DNA of 62,857 nt, the filler included, from Sphacelaria rigidula (taxonomy: Eukaryota), in the NCBI GenBank assembly GCA_964200075.2. It is 11 parts of 11 records of this genome, joined end to end, with 100 filler letters (N's around TTAATTAATTAA, not from the genome) between each part and the next. Parts side by side here need not be neighbours in the genome. Positions count along the whole stretch, not along the records: positions 34,345 to 39,967 come from CAXNAA020025773.1; positions 40,068 to 45,690 come from CAXNAA020025774.1; positions 45,791 to 51,413 come from CAXNAA020025775.1; 8 more parts are not named here. One strand, given 5' to 3'. The notes beneath the pieces are model-generated. The model was not told the origin of the DNA. It saw only the letters and a list, made by a program, of their open reading frames with translations, and searched no databases. Shown piece by piece: positions 35,807 to 49,200 of the stretch (position 1 is the stretch's first letter; each line of letters begins with the position of its first letter). The position numbers and the translations under genes are program-made.

Positions 35807-37194
35807 ATGGAGACATAGTGAGGCTTACAGGCCGAAAGGGGTGCGTGTGTTTTCTGCACTTGCGTAGAATTGAGGCGCGTGCGATTTTTACGTGATGTAA
35901 AGTGATTTTCGTTCTTTGGCGCGTTTTGGGGGGGGAGTTGCAGTGGATGGGATTATGGGTCCTGGGTGTTGGGTGCAAGATGTGAGCAGGGTAGGAATAA
36001 TTCGGTGGGTCGGAAGGTGGGTGGATTTTCTCTTGGGTGCGGGTGGGTGGGTGGGTGGGTGGTGGGTCCGTGGTCTCGTGTTGTAAGTCACGGCGTTTCG
36101 TGTTGGCTACGGTAAAAGAGAATATTCTCTTATACCGTGGCCAAAACGGTCTAACACTAGAGACAATATTCTCTTATACCGTAGCCAAAACGGTTCAACA
36201 GTAGTCCGGGTTTAAGAGAAAAATACCGGGTTGGACTCTCCCTCTCTTACATCCTAGCCGCTACTGTAGTGAAAAACCCTGACGATGAACTTGCATTTTA
36301 AGTCAAAATACGAAAATGGACAACCCGCACTCACAGGGATAAGGCCGCTTTTTATGGATGGGGAAAATATCTCTCCCAACAATACAGGTATCCATCACAG
36401 TGATTCTGCGCCATTTTTTGCCCAATATGGGGCTTGGCGAATTGTCTCAACTCGGGAAGACTTGCTGTACTATTCGAGAGGATTTCGACGCACTTCTTCC
36501 GATTTTTCTTGAACCCAGTTTAACTTTTGCTCAGACCAAAAATTTCTCATACAATCGCAAAAACCATCTCCAACATACGAGTTTCTCTGAGTTTTTTGGG
36601 AGAACTCGAAGGATTGCTGGAGTTTTTTAAAACATCGTGAGTCCGGCAAAAAGTCAAACTTACGGACGACGAATCGCAAAAGTGCGCTAAAAGCCTCCCG
36701 GACAGAACACCAAGCATTTCCGAAGTGACAAAATGCGCCGAGACGTGTAATCGGGTCAAAATCGGCACCGAATCCCCAATTTGAATATTTCGAAGAGATT
36801 TTTATCATACTCAAACGGCCCAAAAGGTCTGCATGCACCATCCTCTGTCTTTTCTGGAGAATTATTATAGCAGGTGATGACACATGCGAGACACTACAAA
36901 AGTTCCACAGACCACGCACGCACAGTATTCGGGAGCTCGGGTTGCTTTCACAGCATACCCTCGGTGACCGGAGATATCTCATTCGCGAGGAGATTTTTTC
37001 TCATCTGTTTTCTTGATGCCCCTCTCCTCTTGATTTATTCTTATTCTGCTTGGTTTTGGAGTCTCAGGAGCAGCTGCTCAATAAGCGCTTCCATCTCATG
37101 AAAGGAATAATAGCGACGGTTCTAGAAAGGCGAGCCTACGTCTGTGACTACGGGTTGGAGATCGGGCTCATGTGCGGAAATAAAATGACAATAA

Positions 37195-37230
<36 letters not shown>

Positions 37231-38324
37231 TAGTACTCCCAAGGCTTTCGTGATGATTGTAAAGTTCCTTACGCTCAGATAGTATGAGGAATGCGTAAAT
37301 TAGGCCCAATAATAGGAAACTAGAAAGCAAAAATACAGTGCTACACGTGCTTAGAACATTGTGCTGATCTTCAAGAATTTGCCATTATAGTAAGTCAAAA
37401 ATGGCGTGGCTGCTACAAATGCCCTTAGGTGCAGCAACGGCGTGACCTCACGGGAGGGTTGATGGGCACATGCTCTTCATGTTGTACCGCTAGGTGACTT
37501 GTGGTTTCATTTTCTCCAATGATTTTGCGGCCACTCGTGCAGTAGAGCAGTGCAGCGTAGAATATACGATCCTATCATCTCATCATACGGTTGGCTGCAG
37601 TTACGCCGCACGACGCGCTTGATTGGTCCACATAATCTCTCCGCTTCTTGCCTCGGTGAGCGACTGTTATCTGGTGGGTGCCGAACCGTGGATGACCATA
37701 CTGATCATGCACAATTGAGAGGGTCTACCACCGCGGTCCCAACCAGAGTTCCTGTGCCATACATGACTATATTTTTTCTTCGTGTGGAGTGGTTTCGAGG
37801 CGGCATGTACGGGTAGCGGCTGCAAGTCGCAGCAGCTAGGTGTTGCTTGTTCTTCCAGAAAAAAAATGGAAAATTCTTGAAAGAACATGTGGTGTATTTC
37901 TCTTCATCACTCGTGTTCATGGCACCATAATTTCTCATTTTTCAATGCACAGCAGTCGGCGATGCCTGCTGGATATGTCACCGACGATCCATTCAAATTT
38001 GGCGAATGCAGGTGCTCGACCAAAATCCACTACCGGTGGTTGCTTCTGCTATGCCGTGAGGCAAGTCCCGGTCTAGCAAGACACAGGCCCGGGCCATCAT
38101 CATGGCCTGATCTTGGTACGGTATCAAATATCTTCACTGTCGCTGCCTTTTGCAACCTGACAACTTGGACACCCAGGCTGAGGGAGAAAGGAAGCTAGGA
38201 AAATGGACACATGGTCCTCAGCCATCGCCCGCTTACACTACATATGGTGTACTGATAGCGCACTGCAGGGGTATAGTCCTCTACGGTACTCTACAGTACA
38301 ATCTGTGCAGATCTCTCGCTGTAC

Positions 38325-38464
38325 CTGATGAAGGTGTCCCGAGTGAGTTTCTCCACCACATCGCCCTCAAAAAACGACACATCCGCATCGGTATCTGCTG
38401 CTGCCTGGCCTGACAGAAGAACTGCAACAGCCAGCAAGCCAGCTCTTATAACTGGTAATATCAT
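38325..38464 (-). CDS. First coding exon of a putative secreted protein
   Basis: MILPVIRAGLLAVAVLLSGQAAA|DTD signal-peptide pattern; CAG|GTAC donor; upstream acceptor ~38525 and a 5'UTR donor GTAAGT at ~38815. Confidence 0.55.
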
Positions 38465-39128
38465 GACGTGTATCCCTTTGCTCCCCGCACACAACGACAC
38501 TTCCACCGATCTGGTGCTTGTGTCCTGAAATGTCTGCAGAAGCAGTGATTATGCCTTCAGGGCCAGGCGGGATTTCGGAGCAGTAATGACTGCATTGTCA
38601 TAATCCATTATCCCGCCCTCCCTCCATCCTCTTGCCTGCTGCGTCAAGCCTGTGCCCAACCTCTATGTCCCTGCTCTGAGACAGATTTTGGGCAGAGTAT
38701 GATGATATCATCCGAGTACCGCGCCATTCATCGTTCACCTCCTTTTACCGCATTTTCTTCTCCGGAATGGATCCGCAGTCTCAAGGAATCGGCCTGCATA
38801 TTCCCCGGCACTTACCTGACGCTACAAGTACTCCCGCACTGCGTCGGTTCTCGTCAATTGTTCAGTCCTCGATTCTCATCCTTTCTTTCTATTTCGAATT
38901 TTCGATGTTGACTCATCCGAGCTGAATATTTTTTCAACTTTTTCTCGTTAGTGTTACAATAGATGTATTATGTGGTGCGTTCGCTTTTCCTACGACTCAG
39001 TAGAACATAGTCATATCTGACAACGGGTCTGTTCGACAAAGATAAATAATCATAGGAAGAAAATGAGATATTTCAGGGACCGTAAAAGGCGGGGCATTAC
39101 ACCATCATCTTTTGCACCAAGGCGTATC

Positions 39129-39200
39129 ATGTCACGATCTGTTCAAGTCAAGACTCTCAAAGGAGAAAACTTCAGCATCGAGGTTGCCGAGCAGGCATCG
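39129..39200 (+). CDS. RAD23: First exon of a ubiquitin-like-domain protein, probably RAD23-like
   Basis: MSRSVQVKTLKGENFSIEVAEQAS then a GTAAGG donor; VKTLKGxxFxIEV is the typical RAD23 UBL N-terminus; only 24 codons visible. Confidence 0.6.
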
Positions 39201-41421
39201 GTAAGGAGTTTCCGCTTCTGTGCGAGTTCTGATATGTTTAGACTGATCGTTGCGCTCCTTTCTTTAGTATTTTCACCCAAACTATCTGACCTCGACAACT
39301 GTATACTGTACACTGTACTTTGTACTGCACAGGGATCAGTTACAGCTGTCTGGCACAGTCAGTATTGTACCGACATTACAATAGTATGGTGATGGTCCCC
39401 TACAGCACACCACACCCGCAGCACATAACCAATAGTATCTCGCATGAGTAGTACTAAAGTGTAAGTGAGTATTTTGTGTTGTAAGTGCAACGTGATGGGG
39501 CCCTACTGTCTTCTGCTGGCCTCCGCTGCCTCAGTAGCTGATGCCGGCTGTGTTGTAGCTCGGCTGCAAAGATACTCGACGGTTACGATACAGTACGACT
39601 ACATGGCATTTTCCCGCTTCCATCCGTAGATACGTCCACTTTATCTTCGGCGTCGCTGCAAGTACCGCCATGAACCATGTATCTTCAGACCGGAGAATCC
39701 AACTTAGGAGCTGAGCTTTTCCTCAGCCGAGAATCCAACTTGGGAGCTTTGCTTTTCCTCAGCCGCCCAGCTAGATGTACTGCCCGAGTTTCACTGCAAC
39801 CTGCCAGCTGCCGAGTATCGGTCCGCGGATGTGTGAGGTCGATAGTTGCCGTAGATATTCATGTGTTCGACATGTCTCAACCTACCTAGGTACAGAACAA
39901 GCACGAGCTGGGCCAGCCTAAAAACGGATTTAAGCTCCAAAGGCAATATCTCATCGACACAGACGAGNNNNNNNNNNNNNNNNNNNNNNNNNNNNNNNNN
40001 NNNNNNNNNNNTTAATTAATTAANNNNNNNNNNNNNNNNNNNNNNNNNNNNNNNNNNNNNNNNNNNNATCTACGGGGCTTTCTACAGTCGGTTTTTTCAC
40101 TCATGTGTGCTGCTCCAGCATCCCGAGAGAGCCGGTCGATCACGACCTAGCCTGTCCGACTGCCCCCCCGTGTAACAGAGAGGTTGGGAGAAGGATGTTT
40201 ACCACAGTTATGAAGGCCATACACGGGTAGGTAGCATAACGCTGCTTTTTATTTTGCCGGCGAAGGCAAGCAAACGGCGAGATCAGCACCATCTATAATG
40301 AGATATCTAACATGAGCCCTCGGCGATTGTCAAAATTTCAGACCTTCTCTCATTTTTTTATTTGTCAATAATGACAGCCCTAATACGTTGAACTCGAGTG
40401 TAAGACATTCACCCGTCGCGACTTCAAATATTCGTAAATCGGCGTTTGTATGCTTTCGCATTATATATATCCAACGGCTGACTCTTCGGACCTATAACCC
40501 TTTGGCCGCCAAGGTTGGTAATCAGGGTTACGCAGTAGCTTTTAAAGTGAAAATGAGCTCAAAAGTGCACTCTCAACCATAAGCTACACTTTCAATATCG
40601 GGAAAATATTGTTAATGTTATTCGATATAAGTCTACAGTGGTATGAAATTGCACTGTCATCATTTGAACTGTGAACGACGTTTTGGCTTATCGACCCCGT
40701 CATTCACTGCGGAATAGCTGGATCACTAGAGTTGTGATGTCACTTATGTGGCCCGGTATTGCAGTGTTATCCGAAAGGAGGAGTCTGCGCGAGAATCAGT
40801 CCAAACATAGCAGACAGAGCAGTTAAAATGACCTCGCAAGCCTTCATGGTGAAAATCTTTGCGCTTTCTTCGCTCTTCCTCTAGTTCCCGTAACTCGCAT
40901 GACAGCCCCCATTATCGTCTGTCAAGCTATCCAAAAAGCAAGGAAGATTTTCCTTGTAATGAGTACGGAAATGCACTCCTATATCGCCAAAAATCTTCAT
41001 GTGCTTATTGGAGCATCTTCGACTGTCTTGGGTACCTTGAAATGCTGTTTTTTTGTGTTTTCGCTAGCGTACAACTTTGTCAAAATATCCCGATACAAAC
41101 GAAAAAAACACCGCACCACAAGATACCATATCACAGACCAAGAGCACGACAACTGAAAAAAAACGTAGCGCGAAATGAGAAGGGCTCGAAATGACCAATC
41201 GATCAACGACTGCATTCTTGAAGCTGGCTTGAAGAAGCCGCCTGAGTCAGACGGTTGGCTACATGTTGAATGATATTGCATGCATACCGATATAGACTTG
41301 TCTCGCCACTACACTTGTCCTGCCTATGCAAACCCCTGTCGTGTTCGGGCTGTCCTCACTCGCATCTGACGATCAACGGGAACTAAAGGTGATCGCCGCA
41401 ACGCAGTGGGCACTGCCTCAG

Positions 41422-44400
41422 GTAGATATATATGTTGGCCTGCTGGAAAGTTTTGCATCCTCTCTACACATTGTCCAAGCTAGTTCGCGCTCCATCGCCA
41501 CCGGGCGGCGGGTGTACCGGCACTCGAAGCCCAATGCGGGGGACGCATTTGGTGTCGCCGACGCTGGCGACGAGGAAAATGATCATTTTGGCACCCGTTT
41601 CGAACCTCAGGTGAGCGTAGAGACTTCCGATTTCTGTGAAATCTACGCAATATTTGGGAGATGCATGGACGTACTGTAGCAACTGGTTTATTTGGTGTCA
41701 ATGATGATGAATACGTTGCAGCGAGCATGCAGGGTGCTGTCTCAATCTATGGAAAAAAAATGATAAAAATGACTTTCATAGGTCGACCGATACAGTTTGA
41801 TTCCATCGAACGGTAGTTTAAAGGAGCTGTGCTTTTTGCTCAGGGTCTTGAACTATTGCGCAACCTCCATTAGGGATACAGACGTCCACACGTAGGATAC
41901 GAGGCGCATCTAGTCATCTCGGATCTGGACATTCCTCTAGGATATAGACACCCACTTAGGGTATTGCTTAGGTGTATTTCCGAGATGGACATCCTAGATA
42001 GAAATCTCATACGGATATGACATCCCAGATGGATACGACATCCCAGATGCATACGACATCCTAGATGGATACGGTATCCCCGATGGATACGATATCCCAA
42101 ATGGAGGTTGCATAAAAAATACAAGGCTCCCTCGTATCTTGAAAAGCTGTTTCGAGAGAGCTTGGTCTTTGTGTAGTGATTCTGGTTTGCACGTAGAGCC
42201 ACGGGTAGACCTTAGACACACGGCGAACGCTCCCATACATGCGGCGACAGAGTGCTGCGGTGTTGGGGGCGCGCGTTTTAGGCCAAACGTTGTCTGAGGT
42301 TGCACACTTGGGCCAAGGTGTTTCTCATTGAAGGGCTCCTGAAGTGAAGAGCCTGAGTGAGGTTTATGCGCCCCTACCACGGCACTATTCGACAGCATTG
42401 ATTCAGATACCCGGGTGTTGCATACAAGCATTGCCATGCGGTACCTTCACTCTAGTCGCTTTCCGGGCATCATCAAAATTTCAGAGTTCATTTCCGCGAC
42501 GAGCGATCGTGTGCCGATCAACGCTCAGACTTGGGTCTTGCAGGCCACACGAACGACCTGTAGGCCAGGCTCGTTTACCCGCGTGTCCAGTAATGTGTGC
42601 TTTTATCTGTTTTTGACGAACGCGCGCTTCTCATCCTCGATGTAATGACGTTTTCCTCTCATGAGAACAAAATACTGGTAATAACCGACGAATCGATATA
42701 ACATCGGGGCGGATGATCCTATGCATGCAGACCCCTTCGTGGGACGTGGTCGACACCTGCGCCATGACAGTGGTTGCAGGGGCGGCTAGCGACGCGTCGA
42801 AACGTCTCGTATTTTTCTCGGACCCGCTGAAGCAAGGCTGGCCCTGGGTCGCGATCCCCATTCGGGCAGGATCACGAAGCAGCGCCGTTCGTGGCGTGTT
42901 CTATGTTGACAGGTGCGTTGACGGTTGCCACGGGGTTTCCCTAAGACTTCATGCGCTTACATCTTTGCTTTACTGCCGTCTTGGTTGAAATATATAATCA
43001 AAATTGAGTGATGAAATAAGGAAAGTCGTCCAGCTTACAACTATATCGTACGATGTACGGGTTTACCTGGCGTAGGGCTCAGTTTTTATTGCGCGTGGGT
43101 CGTTGTGTGTCTGCCATGCTCTGTCGTTGACTGTTATCGGCCTCTTCCACCACGTATGCCGATTTATTTGCCTCGTCATGTTCTGTGTTGATATTCGCTA
43201 GGCAACATACCCTCCCCCTATCCCCACAGCCTGGTCCGACGGAAACACGGCATGCTCCGTCCCGGCTTTGTCCGGACGGACCCCCTATGGGGTTGGCGTC
43301 GGTTGGCAATGACGCTGTAAAACACGCCCCTCACTGCGTAAGATAGGCAACCAGGTTTATCGGATTTTTTGCGCGTTTGCGTTTTTTTGGGGGTAACGAT
43401 GAAGGTGGTCGAGCTAGATTATACTGTGCAGGGTGGGAGAACCTCAAATCTGCGCAAAGGGGATGGTCATACTGCGTCGTGATCGAATGGTGAGACACCC
43501 ATGATGCAATATGTACTGTAAGCGTGGTCATCGCTGGAAGTGGCGGTACCAGCAAATGAAGCGACTCATCGGAGGCTGGTATCCAAATGCAATATAATCA
43601 GAATGCTTCGGGCCGCACGCTCTTAGCAGAATGCAGCTCACCCCTTCGTGCGACTCGCCGAACACATCACGGCGCTTGGCGCTTGGTGATTGATTGCGAG
43701 CCTGGTCTGGCGGAAACCCGACGTGCTCCGTCCCGACTTTGTAGGAATCCGAGATCAATGGCCATGTGACTATGGCATGCAGAATCATGAGTCTCCCCCC
43801 ACCCCCACTACCACCCCCTTCATGCATAACATATCCTGAGGTGGGGCGATTGCTCTGCCCGCTCTTGGCAGGCATCGATTATATCGGGTCTCGTTGCTGT
43901 GCCGTGTTTTGAGTTGACGAATGCCATCGATCTCTCTCGTTCGTATGAGTTCATATGATTTGTCGTGCCCGGTACTGATAATGGGTATCGATTCCCCGTG
44001 CCCATTATGCTTCGCTGTGTTCTGTGTTGTGTGACATGTGCTTGTCCTCCACTTTCTCCACTTTGTGGAAAATACCTATGGAAGAGGATAGCTCTCCCAA
44101 GAGCTTGTACGGGACTAAGGATCCAAATTTCAAGTAGATGTCGTTGGCATAATCTTGCACCAGGTGTGACGATCGTGACGTCGAAGCCGACTTTTGCCAC
44201 TGCCGAAGAAACACGAAATGCATTGGTAAACATTCGAGAGGTTTGTAAAATGGTGATGATGGGAGGGGGGTGTACTCGTGACCATGTATAACATCGTCAC
44301 CTGACCATCGACCTCGTTTCCCTACAAGGCGGGGACGAAGCACAATGGGTTTTTGCCGGACCAGGGTCGCACTCAATCACCAAGCGCGAAGCGCCGTGGT

Positions 44401-45521
44401 GTGTTCGGCGAGTCGCATGAAGGGTGAGCTGCATCCCGCTGAAATTGTTCGGCCCGAAGCGTCCTGATTTATCTTGTATTTGGACGACAGCCTACAAGAA
44501 GTTACTTTATTTTCGAGTAGCGCCACTTCCAGAGACAGCCACGGCGTTTACACTGCCTCATGGGTGTCGTGGGAGGGGGGGGTATAACACACCGTCACTA
44601 GACTTCCGTGTTTCAATGTAATGCAAACTTTCTCCCGAATGTACGACGTGGAGAGTTGGCAGCCCTCACACAGGGAGATGATCGTGTACAAAAAGGTCGT
44701 GGAAAGTTCGCCGGCCGATCAACAAGGGACTTTTGAGAAGTGTCTCGCTGAAAGAGCACAAAGGTCCGTATAGCGGGGAGGTTTGTGTTGGAGAATAACT
44801 CTAAAAAAAAACACACACACAAACCACAAGAGCTTGTAGTGGAGTATACATCGGTTTTCATCCTTCGGTTGCTAACATTTTGGAGAGAGTGATCGAATCG
44901 CTAGTCCGCCTACTCTCTGCTGCTACTATTTACGTCGATTAGCGGTGAGTTTCCATCACCCCCCTCAGGGCGCAATCCAGTGCATAATTGTTATTCATCC
45001 TCACCCTCCTACCCCCTCCTTCGTCATGCGCGCTTGCGCCCGCCGCCGCTTCGTTCAAGTTAAGGTTCGAAGAGCCGTGGGCCGACGAAGTAATGATTTC
45101 ACGTCATCCGGAAAGCGACGTCAGTACGTTCCTAGAAGCTTGCGCAGCATCGCTAGGACTCGTTCTCGACCGTGACGCGAAGACCCGCGCGCTGCTCGAA
45201 CTGCGTAGCATTCGCCTAGCGGACGGCGATGTTGACGAGAAGAACATTTTGTCCGCTATCGGAGGCGACAACAACACCGCCATGTGGCCTCCTCGTAGCC
45301 CTGATGGCATCAACCACAACAGTATAGCCAACAACGAAGGGAAAGCCGGCGATCAAACTGCGACCAGGTCGCCTCGCAGCGCTGGCGACATGAAAGGTCG
45401 TGATGTCAAAACGTCGGGACGGCCAGGTGGTGGTGATCAAGCGATAACTTGCGCGGAAGACGTGTATGCTGCTGTAGCGACGGCTTTGTCCAAGGCCTTG
45501 GTCCACTGCCAGCGCTTCGAG
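41422..45521 (+). CDS. GAF-domain-containing protein, partial; exons 41422-41610, 42731-42912, 45065-45521 (possible upstream exon ~40927-41031)
   Basis: Phase-compatible AG/GT exons giving VDIYVGLL..LHIVQASS..SWDVVDT..WVAIPIR..VRGVFYVD..FLEACAASLGLVL, a GAF-fold pattern. Confidence 0.7.
41871..42105. repeat. GGATA/TATCC motif array starting TAGGGAT (hAT-like end), intronic
   Basis: ~18-bp units GACATCC(C/T)AGATGGATAC; starts with an Ac-like TAGGGAT. Confidence 0.6.
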
Positions 45522-45864
45522 GTGCAACATGCGTTAACGATCAATAATAGCAGCGACCGTTGAGCTTTGGAAAGGTTGGCCTCGAGTACAACAACGCCCC
45601 CTCCCCCCTGGTTAGACACCCATGAGGGAGTGTAAAAGCTGTGGCTGTCTCTGGAAGTGGCGATACCATAGAATAGAGCCACGCATCGTTNNNNNNNNNN
45701 NNNNNNNNNNNNNNNNNNNNNNNNNNNNNNNNNNTTAATTAATTAANNNNNNNNNNNNNNNNNNNNNNNNNNNNNNNNNNNNNNNNNNNNAGTGTGGAGA
45801 AAGTACTGTTTTGGGCTCGAACCTCATTTCATTGATGAACCTCATTTTATAGAATCCTCTGTTA

Positions 45865-46273
45865 GCTGCAGTCTGTACAAGCTACAGTTGAAACCTGTGC
45901 GTGCAGGAGGGCGGCACAGTCTGGGAAATCGCACTTGCGCGTCGAGCATTGATAAGCCTCGAAGCGTATAGCGTTGCGTACTTCATCATCCCTGCGGACG
46001 AAACCTGCACCAGTTGCAGTCTGTACCAGCTACAGTTGAAACCTGTGCGCGCAGGAAGGCGGCACAGCCTGGGAAATCGCACTTGCGCGTCGAGCATTGA
46101 TAAGCCTCGAAGCGTATAGCGTTGCATACTTCATCATCCCTGCGGACAAAACCTGCACCAGTTGCAGTCTGTACAAGCTACAGTGAAAACCTGTGCGCGC
46201 AGGAAGGCGGCACAGTCTGGGATATCGCACTTGCGCGTTGAGCATTGATAAGCCTCGAAGCGTACAGCGTTGC
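45865..46273 (+). repeat. 148-bp tandem repeat (~2.8 units) in the copia 5' leader
   Basis: TGCAGTCTGTAC.AGCTACAGT..AAACCTGTGCG recurs with a ~148-bp period and ends ~20 nt before the gag ATG. Confidence 0.92.
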
Positions 46274-46294
46274 GCGGTTCATTTTCTCTGTACG

Positions 46295-49200
46295 ATGAGT
46301 TACACCGCCACCAGTTCCGACCGCATAGCGGCCGTATTCAAACGGGTACCGACACTTTCGAACGATAAGAACACCTTCATTGCATGGATCAGCTGCGAGT
46401 AGCTATCTCTATCGTGGACAAGCCGATGTTCGCCGTTCTCAACGGTCAACGAAGGCCTACTGACGAATCAGCAGGGCGCGAATGGGACCGGAAGAACAGC
46501 GACCTGTTTTCGCTGTTGTTCCTTTCAACAACCGGGCCTGCAGCTGCAACCATCCGGCGGCTGTTGTACACAGAGGATGAAGACCTCGATGACCCGCGAG
46601 TCGGCGATGGGCAAGGTGCGTGGAAGGCCTTGGTTGAGAAGTTCGACGGCAACACCAAAGCGGCAAGGCGGGCAGTTCACGCTCAGCTGGTTAGCCGCAC
46701 GATGAAACCGGGCGAGGACCTCGAAACTTTCTTCCAAGACATGGACGAAATTCGACTGCGTCTGGAGGGTCTCGGGGATAAAATGCACGACGATCGCTAC
46801 GAGGACATTATCCTCGAGGCGATAACCCCCGAGTATGACTTCGTGCTCACGAAATGCTACACCGAGCGCGATTTCGGCCTCAACAACATTCGCACCGCAA
46901 TGTGCAACGCGTACGATGATCGGAGTTTTGGTACGTCAACTGCACCAAACGTGGCCGGACCTGAAGCGACCACGCAGGCTACGGCATCTGGTATACAGTG
47001 TCAACTTTGCAAGGAGTTCGGGCACTATCAACGTGAATGCCCGAACAACAAGAGAAGTTGGACACGGCCGAGTAACCTGACACAGAGATGTCCAAAAGCA
47101 GGCAAGAAGAACGGAGGTAACGAAGCATCAAAATGGTGCTCGTATCATAGAACAACAACACACAGCGACGCCGAGTGCAAGGTACAAGGAAAGGAAGCAG
47201 CAACGAATGGAAGTGCCAACCTTGCCAATGTAAGCATTCCCGGGTCGTTCATCCCGCCGCCTGCCGCGGCGACGACTGCATACAGCAATCCGTCCGGAAC
47301 AGTCGGAGGATCCCTGCAACCTGTGATGACGGAGTCGGCTCCTCCAGTGTTTTCTTTCGGCGCGTCTACCCCACCACAACATGCTGGAGAAAACACGATT
47401 GACCTCTTCGGTGCCTTCGGTGGGGGTACTGGAGCAGCTTTAATGGCGGCGGTGCCAACGACTCGGACAGCCAACGACACCAACTCCGTAACCTGGCTGG
47501 TGGACAGTGGCGCGACCGGTCACTACTTGGACACAAATCTCGAGTCGGGTGTTTTAGTTCGGGCGAGTGAGTACACGGCCCTCGAACGGCCGTTCAAAAT
47601 CGTAACAGGGGGACATAATGTAGTCGAAGCAGTTGCAACTGCCACAATTTATGGTATAGTCACCGACAGAGAAGAGAAGGCGCACCATGTCGCTCTCTCT
47701 TGCTTCGTCGTCCCCGGACTCGGGCGTCATCTGTTCTCCGTGAAAGTGGCGACCAAGCAAGGCATCATCGCCATCTTCGATCAACATAATCTCCGACTGG
47801 AGACTTCATCGTTCGTGCTTCCCCTGGAACAATCGATCCATGACCAAGACCTCTACACGTTCCGCATGAAGCTGAGCAGCCACGCGGAGCAGCAACCTGG
47901 AGTGGCTATGCACGTCAGCACCGGCGCAAACCTCTGGTATCGTCGACTTGGTCACGTCGGCATCAAGAGCCTGAATGTACTCCGGAAGGAGGAAGGCTCT
48001 GGTATCAGCTTCGATGGAAAGCTACCACCCTGTGACGTATGCGCCCTGAGCAAAAGCAAACAACAACCACACCCGAGAACTGCGGACTATAAGGTGAAAA
48101 CTCCCTTCCAGCTCGTCTTCGGCGACTTCATGGGGCCAATTGCACCTGCTGCCATGGGCGGCTACAGCTACGTGCCTAAAATCACCGATCAGCATACCAA
48201 GTATCGAGTGGTTTATCTTGCCAAAACTAATTGTGACGCCCTCAGCACGATCCAGATCTTTGTTGAGTCGGTGGTGATACCGATGGGGCTACGAGTTCAA
48301 CGTCTTCGTACAGATAAAGGCGGCGAGCACTGGTATTCGTCATGAATACGCCTCGACGAAAACTCCGCAGCAGGTTGGGGATTCCGAGCACGACGGCGGC
48401 ATCCTCGCAGCTATGACACGTTGTCTGTTCAAGGACAGTGGACTGCCACCGTTCTTGTGGGGCGAATTGATGTTCACTGCGGCATATCTCCTCAACCGTG
48501 TACCTCATTCAGCGCTTGACATGGTGACACCATACAAGAAGTTATACGGCAATGACGCAAACCTCTCTCATCTCCGTGTCATTGGCGCACGGGCCTTTGT
48601 ACATGTCGAGATACATACGAAGAAAATGGCGGACAAGGCTAGGTAGGGATCACTGTGCGGTTATAGCCCTAACAGCAAGTCCTACCGGATATACAACCCT
48701 GCCACCAAGCGTGTGGTGGAAAGCCGGAACGTAGTCTTCATTGATACCCCGCCACATGTCCTTCCATGGGATCATACTTCTTGCAACAAGTACGAAACCG
48801 ACGATGATTTCGCGAGGCACGTTCGCAATCATGACATCAGCCTTTTTAACGACCCCATGGCCACGTCTGCTGAAGCCTCGTCCAACTACCACGAACGTAT
48901 GATCAAACTACTTGGAAACCTACGCGACGTGACGGACCACGTCAACGACCTTTTCGGATCTTCATCGGAAGAGGTCCCCACTGGACCCTACCCAGGAGGG
49001 GGAGTCACTGACGGTTCACCTACAGCAACGACACCGTCACCTGCAGCGAGTTCTTCGCGTGTCAGCACGCGGGCTAACCCACAAGCCCCGATAGACGTCA
49101 TCTCCGGCGCGGGCACGACAAGCGCTCAAGCCCGCGAGCTAAAACGCCTGGAGACTCTGGCCAATTTCTACGCAAGGGCAAATATGCGAGACATCGCTCA

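Noticed and set aside
36118..36200. Short two-unit tandem repeats (also 39690-39766 and 11966-12075)
   Set aside because: Ordinary local slippage duplications with no further structure.
45865..46273. CRISPR-like array
   Set aside because: The units are contiguous 148-bp repeats with no unique spacers, there are no cas genes and the context is a eukaryotic retrotransposon.
48640..48650. Programmed stop-codon readthrough or frameshifting in the copia pol
   Set aside because: The stop falls within a conserved integrase C-terminal motif and accompanies other lesions; simple decay explains it better.
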